The notes under the pieces are model-generated. The model worked only from the letters and a program-made list of their open reading frames with translations. It did no database searches and had not been told where the DNA came from. From Macrostomum lignano (lineage: Eukaryota), in assembly GCA_002269645.1 (NCBI GenBank), contig NIVC01000646.1:310001-374000 (forward strand): a stretch of DNA of 64,000 nt. Direction: 5' to 3'. Positions within the stretch are counted from its first letter, which is position 1; the number at the start of each line of letters is the position of its first letter. Positions 28,313-40,273 of this stretch are shown here, one piece after another. Made by a program: the position numbers and the translations under genes.

Positions 28313-30163
28313 GTTTTGGTGCAGGACGCCAACGACAATGCGCCGAAGTTCGTTGGCGATCCCTACGCAACCAGCCTCGTCGCGTCCACCGCGGCCGCCT
28401 CCGTTGGATCTCGCCTCCTGACGGTGGCCGCGAACGACCCAGACGTTGGCATCAACGGTCAGGTGACCTACCGGTTGCTTGGCAACGGGACGCTGCTCGG
28501 CGTAGATTCCGCAAGCGGGGGAGTGTCGCTACTTTCGACTCCGCCGGAGGTTCAGATCGACGCATCTGACAGCGCCGCCGGCTTTGTCGGCTTCGAATTC
28601 CTCGTCCGCGCTTCCGACGTCCGGCTGTCCAGCCTCGCCCGCCTCAGTCTTCGGGTTCTCACCGACGCTGCGGCTTCTGCGCCGTCGCTACCGGCGAACC
28701 CGCTGGCTCTGCTGGTGAGCGAAGGCCTCGCAGCCGGGTCACTGGTCAGCGACAAACTGCCGACCGACTGCGCAGTTGAGCCGGCCAGTCCGGAGTTCGA
28801 ACTCAAATCGGGTCGCTTGACAACGCTGAGGATGCTCGACTACGAGAACACGACTGCCTACAGCCTGCGGCTCAACTGCAGCGCTGGCGCGGAGAGGCAG
28901 CAGCTGCTGATGCTGGTGCAGGATGTCGACGAGTTCCAACCGGTCTTCGACCTGGCCGAGTACCGGCTGAACCTGGCATCCACACCACCAATCGGACAGT
29001 CGCTAATTCGTCTGGCCGCCTCGGACAGGGACGCCGGGTCGGCCGGCCGGGTTGCTTTCTCGCTGACTGGCGTGGACTGCGACGCCGACAGCGAAGCGGC
29101 TGCCGGACGGTTCAGCGTGAACACCAGCACGGGCGAAGTTTACCTGGCGCGAGCTTTCAATGCGGCGGCAGCTGATGACACGGTGCTGGCGAACTACAGC
29201 CTCCGAGTGCGTGCCAGCAGCGTGGCTCTGTTCACCGACGCAGTCGTCCAGCTGACCATGCCAGTGCCGCTGGAGATGAAGCCACCCTCGACAGGCCTTG
29301 CCACTCCACCGCTGGCTGCCATCCTCGCAGGCCTCTTCGTCTTGGTTGCTATCATTGTCGTCGCGGTAGTCGTGGCAGTCTGCGTGCATCGCCGCCGGCA
29401 ACTGGCTGGAAAGCGCGGTCTGCATTCGAGTCGAGCCAAGAGAAGGGAGGCAGCGGCCGCGGCAGGAGCCGCAAACTCAGCATCGCCCAATTCCACGCTG
29501 TACGACTCGTGCTTCGACCAGAACGTGGCCGCTGTCGTTGCCGCGGCGGCCGCCGGACTCCAACCGCCGAGGCCGCCGCCGAGGACAATGACGGAGTTGA
29601 CTCGACTGAGCGGCACCGCGCACAGCTCCGGACTTGGCAGCGCCGCGTCAGACGAAGACCATCAATCGCAGCAGCTGCATCACCACCAGCAGCAGCAACA
29701 GCAGCCGCTGAATTTCATATCGACAGGACAGACTGACGGAGCCTCCTTGCCTAAGGACCATCGAGAGTATCTGCACCGGCTTGGCGTGACCCCGGAGCTG
29801 CGACCGTCGCCTCTGAGCGCTGGCGCCGGCAGGCGATTCCACTCCGCGGCCAGCCTGTGGAGCGAGGATCCGTACCAAGCCACCCCGGTGCCCAGCCTGC
29901 TGGAGCTGCCGCGGGCTGCCGCTGGTGCCGCTGGCTTCGGTGGCTCCAACGGCGTCAGCGGAGTCGGCGGCTTCCCCGTCGGGCTGAACACGGCTCAGCC
30001 CCGGCTGCCGTCGCACCTGACAGCCTGGCAGCCGCAGTTCCAGCCGTTGGCCAGCGTCTTCGCCGAGATCGCGCAGTTGAAAGACGACGCCAACGCTGAT
30101 GGAGGCTTTGTGGGACTCTACGATGTACACGACGAGACCGCATTTTCAACCTCCGTGATTTGA
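28313..30163 (+). CDS. ds: Dachsous-type protocadherin, coding exon 3 (last cadherin repeats, TM helix, cytoplasmic tail)
   Basis: Acceptor CCCGCAG|GTT is phase 0 (VNATVR|VLVQDANDNAP). TM segment LAAILAGLFVLVAIIVVAVVVAVCV. The tail carries SSGLGSA and WQPQFQPLASVFAEIAQLKD, matching the Dachsous/DCHS cytoplasmic motifs. The spliced CDS is 8739 nt, 2912 aa. Confidence 0.93.
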   Translation, partial: VLVQDANDNAPKFVGDPYATSLVASTAAASVGSRLLTVAANDPDVGINGQVTYRLLGNGTLLGVDSASGGVSLLSTPPEVQIDASDSAAGFVGFEFLVRASDVRLSSLARLSLRVLTDAAASAPSLPANPLALLVSEGLAAGSLVSDKLPTDCAVEPASPEFELKSGRLTTLRMLDYENTTAYSLRLNCSAGAERQQLLMLVQDVDEFQPVFDLAEYRLNLASTPPIGQSLIRLAASDRDAGSAGRVAFSLTGVDCDADSEAAAGRFSVNTSTGEVYLARAFNAAAADDTVLANYSLRVRASSVALFTDAVVQLTMPVPLEMKPPSTGLATPPLAAILAGLFVLVAIIVVAVVVAVCVHRRRQLAGKRGLHSSRAKRREAAAAAGAANSASPNSTLYDSCFDQNVAAVVAAAAAGLQPPRPPPRTMTELTRLSGTAHSSGLGSAASDEDHQSQQLHHHQQQQQQPLNFISTGQTDGASLPKDHREYLHRLGVTPELRPSPLSAGAGRRFHSAASLWSEDPYQATPVPSLLELPRAAAGAAGFGGSNGVSGVGGFPVGLNTAQPRLPSHLTAWQPQFQPLASVFAEIAQLKDDANADGGFVGLYDVHDETAFSTSVI

Positions 30164-30872
30164 AGAAGCTGATCAGCTGCATCAGTGATTGATTGTGACG
30201 CATTGTGCTCTACTATTCCTACGAGTTGGTGCCAGAATTCTGTGCTAATCTCAGTTTCCATGCAAGCGTTGCTCATTGTCCACTTTGCCCACTTATGTAT
30301 ATTAAACATACGCTCAAGGACCACTGGTAGTATTCGCTGGACGACGCCTTTCAATAATAATAATCGCAGGAGGGCTGCGGGCGCCCGCATCGTTGCACAA
30401 TCCCACAGCCAGCGCTGAGGCCATTCTGCCCACTTCGCTGAGTCCTGAGCACATACAGAAGTGTACATCGGGAACACTGCTACCATTTTGAATTTAAGGG
30501 CCTTCCACTGCGTCCTTCCACCCTAACAGTGGTTCCTTGAGAAAAAGGCTTGGGTTTTCATTCTCATTTATTGAGCGGCTCCGTGCATCCCTGTGTACTT
30601 GTTACGTCAATCATAATTCATAATTCAGTTTTAAACAGTTTTTCTCATGTCAGTCAAACTATTAATAGTTCAGTCACTGTCATTCAATGTACAGATTATT
30701 TATTTAATAATTAATTGCATGCGTGACGACTGCCACACGCCAATGATCAATATCCAAGTATTACGTATTTTATGCTATTACTGTATAATTATTAGCAGGA
30801 CACAATGCTAAATACATGCTTGTTTATAGTGCAGTACACGTGTACTGACACGGAAGGACTATAAGTTCATTT

Positions 30873-30878
30873 AATAAA
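30873..30878 (+). promoter_or_regulatory. Candidate polyadenylation signal for ds
   Basis: AATAAA about 710 nt after the stop, in AT-rich sequence; motif only. Confidence 0.35.
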
Positions 30879-32356
30879 GTCCTTTATAAAAAAACTATGG
30901 AAGCATTCACGATAGGTGTATAATTTTATTGACGCAACGGCGTCACCTGGTCGATATAAATAAGCACCAACAATACGTAAATATTTGAGAGTGATTGAAT
31001 TTATAATTCGTGATTTGAAGAAAATCGTTACTTAGGAAGGTTTGACAGAGAGGAAAGAGGTTTTGCAATACCCAGCACTGCTATTTATGGAACGGTGTCT
31101 ACAGCCCTGGTGCCATGCGAATTCTTTTTTGTTCGATGGTACATCTCGGTGAATCACAGTGCACACTGGCGCATAACCTTACAGACGGACGCGAGCCGAA
31201 CGAACAAACAGTTGGGCTCAGTACGGGAGCAACTAATTAATAAATTGACCTGCTTTTCCGTACAACTCGCGCGTCGTCTTCAAGGTGTTCTGCTCTCTTT
31301 TTCAAAAAGAAACGAGCAAACTTACCTATGAACAAAAGTTGAATATTGGAAAACAACTGGCAAATGTAGTTGGAATGAAGAATTGCAGCAACTGGTCTGG
31401 CCTGGGCCGAGTTGGCATTAAATCCTTTTTCTGGGAGTAGGGGGTGGGGGCAGGGGGGCGCCGGCATCAATGGGACAGCGCGTGCGAGGGGGGGGGGTTG
31501 CGCCAGATAGATAGCTAGATAAGAGAATTCTATTGCCTACTAAAGTAATCTCAGCGAGACCAGCGCTAGTTACTGCTGTCCCAAATATCCCTTTTGGCCC
31601 ATCCAAGCAATACATTGAAGCTCAGTTACTCTCTGTGGGTGACTTGTGTGAAAGCAACGGCTGCGCCGAAACTAATGCCCAGGATATCTTCAGTGTTGCT
31701 TATGGGACTCGAAACCTATGACTGAGAGAGAGATAGAGGGAGAAAGAGAGAGATAGGGGCCGGGCGTGCGCCCTGCATGACTCCGAGTCCAACGGTGCAG
31801 GCAAAATATTCTAGGATCTTAAAACTGTTGGGAATTATTAACAATCCAGAAATCTCAAACAACAGATAAGGGAGTTGCTTCTAAAAGCAACTGGCTTGAA
31901 TCGGCAAGATTTTGCTAGATAAATGCCTAATTCAAGCTTACGATCAAAGACTTTGTAATTTTTAAGCAACTCGTGATGCAGTGAATTGGATTATTTATAG
32001 CTCGCAGTAAATTTGAAGCAATTTTAATATTCAATTATTAATATTTAGTACCGTCCGAACTTCTAATGTGCGCATAGAGTTTCAAAAGTGAGAAGAGGCA
32101 CAAGCCAGGAAAATCCGTAATTTCGCTCGGATTTTAATGCTTCAAAATGTCCTGTTAAATGGCATATTTTATAAATTACAACTCTGTAAACCTGTTAGAT
32201 CACATTCGAGAAGCCATTCTTTCTTCAAATTGATATTCAGAAGTGCAGGTCGGGAAAGTGCAATTAAAGGCCTCGAAAGTTTATAAAAAATTGAGCCTTT
32301 AACTATACTCAACATGACATGATAAAATTTCCAGTTCAGGAAGACTGAGAACTCGG

Positions 32357-34829
32357 GAGTCACATCACAAGCTCGAAAAGTCACATCATCGAAAAGTAAC
32401 CACCATCACAAGCTCGAAAAGTCACAAGCTCGAACAAAGATTTAGCAACCACCATCACAAGCTCGAAAAGGGTTAGGGTTAGAACTTGTGCCTTTCGAGT
32501 TTGCGATGGTGGTTGCTAAACTTTTCGACGATGTGACTTTTCCAGCTTGCGATGGTGGTTGCTAAACTTTTCGACGATGTGACTTTTCGAGTTTGTGATG
32601 GTGGTTGCTAAACTTTTCGACGATGTGACTTTTCGAGTTTGTGATGGTGGTTGCTAAACTTTTCGACGATGTGACTTTTCCAGCTTGCGATGGTGGTTGC
32701 TAAACTTTTCGACGATGTACTTTTCGAGTTTGCGATGGTGGTTGCTAAACTTTTCGACGATGTGACTTTTCGAGCTTGTGATGGTTGCTAAACTTTTCGA
32801 CGATGTGACTTTTCGAGTTTGCGATGGTGGTTGCTAAACTTTTCGACGATGTGACTTTTCCAGCTTGCGATGGTGGCTGCTAAACTTTTCGACAATGTAC
32901 TTTTCGAGTTTGCGATGGTGGTTGCTAAACTTTTCGACGACGTGACTTTTCGAGCTTGCGATGGTTGCCAAACTTTTCGACGATGTACTTTTCGAGTTTG
33001 CGATGGTGGTTGCTAAAATTTTCGACGATGTGACTTTTCGAGCTTGCGATGGTTGCTAAACTTTTCGACGATGTGACTTTTCGAGCTTGTGATGGTTGCT
33101 AAACTTTTCGACGATGTGAATTTCGAGTTTGCGATGGTGGTTGCTAAACTTTTCGACGATGTGACTTTTCGAGCTTGCGATGGTTGCCAAACTTTTCGAC
33201 GATGTACTTTTCGAGTTTGCGATGGTGGTTGCTAAACTTTTCGACGATGTGACTTTCGAGTTTGCGATGGTGGTTGCTAAACTTTTCGACGATGTGACTT
33301 TTCAAGTTTGCGATGGTTGCTAAACTTTTCGACGATGTGACTTTTCGAGTTTGCGATGGTGGTTGCTAAACTTTTCGACGATGTGACTTTTCCAGCTTGC
33401 GATGGTGGCTGCTAAACTTTTCGACAATGTACTTTTCGAGTTTGCGATGGTGGTTGCTAAACTTTTCGACGATGTGACTTTTCGAGCTTGCGATGGTTGC
33501 CAAACTTTTCGACGATGTACTTTTCGAGTTTGCGATGGTGGTTGCTAAACTTTTCGACGATGTGACTTTTCGAGCTTGCGATGGTTGCTAAACTTTTCGA
33601 CGATGTGACTTTTTGAGCTTGTGATGGTTGCTAAACTTTTCGACGATGTGACTTTCGAGTTTGCGATGGTGGTTGCTAAACTTTTCGACGATGTGACTTT
33701 TTGAGCTTGTGATGGTTGCTAAACTTTTCGACGATGTGACTTTCGAGTTTGCGATGGTGGTTGCTAAACTTTTCGACGATGTGACTTTTCAAGTTTGCGA
33801 TGGTTGCTAAACTTTTCGACGATGTGACTTTTCGAGTTTGCGATGGTGGTTGCTAAACTTTTCGACGATGTGACTTTTCCAGCTTGCGATGGTGGCTGCT
33901 AAACTTTTCGACAATGTACTTTTCGAGTTTGCGATGGTGGTTGCTAAACTTTTCGACGACGTGACTTTTCGAGCTTGCGATGGTTGCCAAACTTTTCGAC
34001 GATGTACTTTTCGAGTTTGCGATGGTGGTTGCTAAAATTTTCGACGATGTGACTTTTCGAGCTTGCGATGGTTGCTAAACTTTTCGACGATGTGACTTTT
34101 TGAGCTTGTGATGGTTGCTAAACTTTTCGACGATGTGAATTTCGAGTTTGCGATGGTGGTTGCTAAACTTTTCGACGATGTGACTTTTCGAGCTTGCGAT
34201 GGTTGCCAAACTTTTCGACGATGTACTTTTCGAGTTTGCGATGGTGGTTGCTAAACTTTTCGACGATGTGACTTTTCGAGCTTGCGATGGTTGCTAAAAT
34301 TTTCGACGATGTGACTTTTTGAGCTTGTGATGGTTGCTAAACTTTTCGACGATGTGACTTTCGAGTTTGCGATGGTGGTTGCAAAACTTTTCGACGATGT
34401 GACTTTTTGAGCTTGTGATGGTTGCTAAACTTTTCGACGATGTGACTTTCGAGTTTGCGATGGTGGTTGCTAAACTTTTCGACGATGTGACTTTTCGAGC
34501 TTGCGATGGTTGCTAAACTTTTCGACGATGTGACTTTCGAGTTTGCGATGGTGGTTGCTAAACTTTTCGACGATGTGACTTTTCGAGCTTGCGATGGTTG
34601 CCAAACTTTTCGACGATGTACTTTTCGAGTTTGCGATGGTGGTTGCTAAAATTTTCGACGATGTGACTTTTCGAGCTTGCAATGGTTGCTAAACTTTTCG
34701 ACGATGTGACTTTTTGAGCTTGCGATGGTGCCTGCTAAATCAGTTTTCGACGATGTGACTTTTCCAGCTTGCGATGGTGGTTGCTAAACTTTTCGACGAT
34801 GTGACTTTTGGAGCTCATGATGGCGACTC
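32357..34829. mobile_element. Non-autonomous foldback/Mutator-like element whose right arm is a 2.3-kb 43-46-bp satellite
   Basis: Exact 9-bp TSD AGAACTCGG (32348-32356 and 34830-34838). Termini GAGTC...GACTC. The short left arm (32357-32468) is the reverse complement of the array unit. AGGGTTAGGGTTAG lies at the centre. Confidence 0.85.
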
Positions 34830-35874
34830 AGAACTCGGAGTGGCAGCTTTAATCCAATTATAGCCATAACTTTCCACCCTCTCCTATAAGCTCGGTCCTT
34901 GTGACGCAAGTTGCATCACCCGCAGTTGGCGTGAGTTGCATCATTTGAGGCTGACATCTGAGAAAAGTTTACCGCACTGCTTTTCGGGTTGGAAACTTTA
35001 ATGCGTTGCTGGGTGTAAATCGTAATATTTTTAGTGTCAGTTAGGTCCTTTAATAACTACATGTAGTTGGAATTAACTCGTAAAACCCGAGCTATCAAAA
35101 GTTTACTCAAAGCGTCAATGTTACAGTAAGTCAAATGTAATGAATTAAATATGTAACCCGCACCACAGTAAAAACCATTTGTTGGAACCCAGAAAGACAT
35201 GAGCTAATTGAAATCATAAGTCCAAGCTCAAGCCATTAAAATTTGGCAGAATTCTCCACTATAAGGACGCATTTGTCAGATCTTTATGAATCAAATTAAA
35301 CATTACTGAAATGAGTAAACTGATAAACAAATTATAGCAAATTTGAACTTCATACAAACAAAGAGATTAATGCGGTGTATTTTGATGCTTCTTGGAAACA
35401 GCTGACAGGTTGAGAAGGCAATAAAGGCAGCAAAGTCGTCCGAAAATGCACACACCGAAAAGCAATAATAAAATGGTCAATGATATTAGAAAATGACGTC
35501 AAATTATATAGTCTGTTTCATCAGATGGAAACTGTGGGATTAAGTCATACGAAAATTGCGGAAATAGAAAGTAACGAACTGATATTATTGAACTAATGAT
35601 ATTTTCATTGTGCAGCTTGAAGAATCTGTGCCGAATTTGCTGCAGGATTCCTTGTTTTGATGTTATTGGCATCCGTTTTTGATACTGAAAATGAACATAA
35701 ATGTTGTTTTGTAGTTTCTATAACTTCTTACACGCTTATTAAAACACGTGAGAGAAAACATGTACTGCCGGCGAGACGTCCAACAAATTTAAGACAATGA
35801 ACCTCAAACAAGAAGTGCATGAGACCCAGCCAGCACCATGGAGCCGAGGGCATCGCCTGAGGGCCTGTGAGTCA

Positions 35875-36185
35875 GAGATAATACCTGTGAGCCAAGGATA
35901 ATACCTGTGAGCCAAGGACAATACCTGCCAGCCATGGATAATACCTGTGAGCCCAAGATAATACCTGTGAGCTAAGGACAATACCTGTGAGCCAAGGATA
36001 ATACCTGTGAGCCAATGATAATACCTGTGAGCCATGGATAATACCTGGGAGCCAAGGATAATACCTGTGAGCCAAGGATAATACCTGTGAGCCCAAGATA
36101 ATACCTGTGAGCCAAGGATACTACCTGTGAGCCATGGATAATGAGCTCAGGATAATATCTATGAGCCAAGGATAATACCTGTGAG
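35875..36185. repeat. 20-bp minisatellite (GATAATACCTGTGAGCCAAG)
   Basis: Directly visible. Confidence 0.94.
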
Positions 36186-36346
36186 GTAAGGGCATCCCCA
36201 GCAATCTACATATGAGAGCTTTAAATTTTAATTAATAAATTTTCGGAACCAGCCGAAAAAATCAATTTCAAACAATTGACTAATTGTTTCAATTGTTTGA
36301 CTAACCTACCTGTACCTGACGAAGTTGATTCTGCCTCAAAAGCAGT

Positions 36347-38376
36347 TCAAAACGCATGCGACACTGCCCTGGTGAAGACGGTGGTGAGGTTCGAAGTGCA
36401 GGGGAATCTGGTTGTATCCGTGTCCAGCAGCAGTGGGTAGCTGGCAAACCGCATCATGTCCGGCAGAGTTACCTCCAGATCGGCCAGTGTAGACAGAATG
36501 TGATCCCAATCCGGAGCTTTGATTACAATCACGCGACGCGGCAGTGACTTGTACAGCTCCAGATCTTTCAGGAAGAGCTGCACCTTGATGATTTAATATG
36601 TGAAAATACAAATAATTGTAAGACTTTTAGCCTGAAGTCGAAGATATGCATTTGAAAACATCCCACATATGACTGAAGTCTTCCCGTTCTTCTGCCTCAA
36701 TAAACACTCTCCAAATTAGCCGACTAACAGTTACCAGTTAATCAAAAGTTCGAGATGAGTGCAGATTGTGGCTCCGCGGGAAATGCGTCGGATTTGTGTT
36801 GCTTGTACGACCCCCTACATGGTTCGATTCCGTGCGCTGCCACATTCATTTGGGGCTTGTGTGCACGAAAATTAGCCGGCGGGTTGTGATGCAATTTACA
36901 CCCGTGAGGTCCAACCAAAAAGGCTCAGAGAGTGTACATGCCTGACGATTAGAAAGTCAAAGAGCCTCTGCACACTCCGTGTGAGCGTGTGCACGAGTGC
37001 GTGCCTGCGTACGGTATTGGCGCGCTTGCATGTGCTCAGGAGCCAGCGGAATTGGTAGAATTGTCTCATCGCTGCGCATGGAACGATGTCACCCAATGAA
37101 ATATCAATAACATTTCAAACCTTACCCCATTCCGCCTCATCAGGCAGAGCAGCCGCTTGTCCATTTGAGTCTTCTTATCGGACTCCCGAAAAGGCTTCAG
37201 AATGGCTTCAACGTCGCTGCTGTAGGCGAACAAGTAGAACCAATAGTGCACCGGGAGGTCCACGGGTACTTTCCGATGCACGCTTTCAATTAGCCGCGTT
37301 CCTGTCGGACGGAAGCCCGGGTAGCCAAATATAAAGGGCACCTTGTTATTGCTCGACAATGGCGCGTCGCCTTCTGGTAATTTTTCATCGTTGCTTTGAT
37401 TGGCTTCGAACTGGCTGCTGAACTCGCTGGCGTATTCCAGCTCGGCAGACAGCACTTTGGGCCGGCGCCATTGCCTCCCGAACCTCAGTTGGCTGCTATT
37501 GATGCGAACGGAAGTGATCACTTCCCCTGAGGATTTGGATCGCGCGTGTTTTGAGCTGGGGCGTTGATGATCCGATGCGTTGGTTGGCAGCAAGGCCGCC
37601 TCGGGCCTCAATTTTTTAACTGTTCGCTTCATTGCGGCTGGATTCATTTTCGCAATTTTTTTACGTCAGGTCTGCTTTGTTGCCTAGAAATAAGCAACTT
37701 TCGCATAAAAGTACATCGGGAGGAGACACTCGTACATTATAACTTGCGGACGTCAAAACCATAGAAATCTTAAAGAAGATAATGCATAGTTGGCAAGAAT
37801 TTACATTTATGTCCAAGAGAAAGGTTAAAGAGAAAAGGATTTATTTAAACTAATATTAATTATGATGTATGAATCACTCGATCAAAATAGATTATAAAAT
37901 TTACCATATATTGAAAGGAAAGCCGAATGTGGTCCTTGATGCATGTGATGGGTTTCGGCCTTTTCGGCCCCTTTCGGGAAGCCTTCGGGCCTCAGGTCTC
38001 AGAAATAAATCAATTAGAGTCCTGCCCCCCCCCCACTCCTGTCAGATGGTCAGCCCCATGGTAGCTTGATCTTGTGGCGAGCAGCCTAGGTCCTATAGCT
38101 AAGAGAGGGACAGCGAGAGACAAGCAGGGAGAGTTTTGAAGGTAGAGATTAGCCAATCTGCAGATTAACTAACCCGCTTCCACCAGCCCGTGCGTCCTGG
38201 CTCACCAAACCGGAACTTTCGAAATCGGGCTTCCGACTAGAGGGGGCTTAGCACTTACCTGCCAACTAGTGTCTTTTTGCTGTCAATCTCGAAGTCATAG
38301 CCGATGTTAAGGGACACTGCTGGGACTAGATCGCATTGGCCATGCAGGTACAGAGGGGATTCTTGCAGTGGCGAGA
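36347..38376 (-). pseudogene. Probable multi-exon protein-coding gene of unknown family; frameshifted, so either a pseudogene or an assembly error
   Basis: Exon-like blocks with coding-type codons at 38376-38259 (SPLQESPLYLHGQCDLVPAVSLNIGYDFEIDSKKTLVG, AG acceptor, GTAAGT donor), about 37683-37126 (GTAAGG donor), about 37070-36940, about 36710-36630 and 36583-36347. No recognisable domain; some phases do not reconcile. Confidence 0.45.
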
Positions 38377-38465
38377 CTATGGGGTGGCTACATGTACTAT
38401 TACATTGCTAAATACGAGAAATGTACTTTTGGCCTTCAACGCGCCAACCAGCCTCTCCTAGCGCT

Positions 38466-39378
38466 GGGGCCCATGCTATAGATTTAAGAGCAAAGAGTAA
38501 GGAGTTAGGAGTCAGGAGTGCTCCTAGCAAGGAGCGAATCGATTTTGTGTGCTATAGAGTTCAAGAATCAAGAGTTAGGAGCTAGGAGTTGTTTTAAGGA
38601 GTGCAGCATAGGAGTGAGGAGGAGTCTAAGGAGTGTAAGGCAATTGGCTAAGGAGTCTGCCAATCTGCGTGCTATATTAAACTCCTAAATGTACGCACCT
38701 TAAGGAGTAATTATAGGAGCAATTCGTGAATTCAAACAATGCAAGCAAACCAAAAAGTTGCGTTTGTTAAAGCGATTGCGGCTCGAAAGGACGTACTTTT
38801 CGGTGCCTTTTCGCCAACAATAACAAAAGCACTCAAGACTGAAATGTGGAGAGAGGTCATCCTTGAATGTCGCCAAGAGTTGATTCTCATTGAGCCGAAA
38901 TCGTGACACAGTATTATATTCTTCAAAAAAGTTAATCTTCTGCTTAAATTGTCTGGGTCGTCGATCATTAGCTCCCTCATCGTCCGAGCCTAGCTCACTG
39001 TCCGAAAACATGAAAAAAGAAACGAATCACACGATCCTACTATAACCTAAGAGTGAAATTTGGCCCTTGAAGTCTTAACTAGGAGTTAGGAGCTAGAAAT
39101 GAGTTTCGCTCCTTCTATAGGACACGCACTCCTAAAACTCACTCCTAAACGGCAATTCCTAGCTCCTAGCTCCTACGCTCCGCTCCTTATTCTATAGCAC
39201 GCGACAAACCTTAATGAGGTCTCCTAAATTCACCAAGGAGTATCCTAACGTCCTTAAGGAGCCTCCTAGCTCTTAAAATTTACTCTTGATTCTATAGCAC
39301 AGAAAAGCCAGCTAGGAGCTAGGAGTTAGGACACTCTTAAGGATTTAGGAGTTAAGAGTATTCTATAGCACGGGCCCC
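38466..39378. mobile_element. Internally deleted PIF/Harbinger DNA transposon
   Basis: TIR GGGGCCC(A/G)TGCTATAGA (17 bp, 1 mismatch) and TAGGAG subterminal repeats. + strand remnant MQANQKVAFVKAIAARKDVLFGAFSPTITKALKTEMWREV (38739 onward) is Myb/SANT-like. - strand remnant RRPRQFKQKINFFEEY...RFRL (39011 downward) resembles a Harbinger transposase N-terminus. Confidence 0.8.
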
Positions 39379-40116
39379 AGATGATAGGCTAACTCGAACA
39401 TCAGAGACCGCATGATTCATTACCCGAGCCGCTTGGCGGACCTAGAGTGCACAGAGTACATCTCTAGCGCCGATTTTGCACTATTGGCAATTTTGCTCAC
39501 TGATTTGATAGATTGATCGACTGAGAACCATCTTGCCATTGGTCCACTGTGACCGGCGCCTACTAGCTTCTCTTCTCATCTGAGCCATCGGCGAGCGAAG
39601 AAATAAAACCGATAAAAATAACTGTCAGATTTAACCTTCTTCTTAAATCAGGTCACACCTCAGATTGAATTGGAGTTTTAGACTACTAACAGTATTATTA
39701 AGTCATTTCTGCCTCGATAACAGCACTGTTGAACGAATTGAGCAAAAGTGTGCGCCTAATTCAGCTACTGAAATAGGGGACAGATAAGGGATCACCCAAT
39801 CAAGCAAGTCTAGGCAGCCTCTCACCCAACCAATCAAAAACTCAACAGCCGGAGACCAGGTAATCCACAGTGACCGAATCGGCTTAGTGCTTCGCAGCTG
39901 TAGACTCGGGATGATGCCGTCACACTCTTGGCAGATAGCTAGCAGGTGATGATCTTTAACCTTGATATTCGCTGCTGACGACCGGGGGATTCGTCCTTGA
40001 TGATGATGGGGGAGTCGCGATCCGGGGATTAAGAGACGACGGTCGCGTGTAGCAGCCGGGTGTCAGGTGACAGGTGACCGGCCAAATTGAAGTCCGAGCG
40101 GGCCAAAAAACGCCGG

Positions 40117-40220
40117 TTTTTATAGCCGCCAACTGGACCGCAATTTGTTATTATGGAACACCTCGATTCTGATTGGCTGAGCCGATTTGTTATACCGCAC
40201 GTCGAATTTTCTGATTGGCT
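40117..40220 (-). promoter_or_regulatory. Candidate leftward promoter: TATAAAAA plus two CCAAT boxes
   Basis: TTTTTATA at 40117-40124; CTGATTGGCTGAG twice (about 40169 and 40211); CACGTG nearby. Motifs only. Confidence 0.4.
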
Positions 40221-40273
40221 GAGCTTGTTGCCACCCAAACTCACGTGACCAAGAGATCCTATCAGTTCCCTCG

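Noticed and set aside
15351-30203. Short antisense and alternate-frame ORFs over the cadherin exons
   Set aside because: Shadow ORFs of GC-rich coding sequence; no independent motifs.
32468-32482. Interstitial telomere or healed chromosome end
   Set aside because: Only about two TTAGGG units, enclosed within a TSD-bounded element; better explained as part of the transposon.
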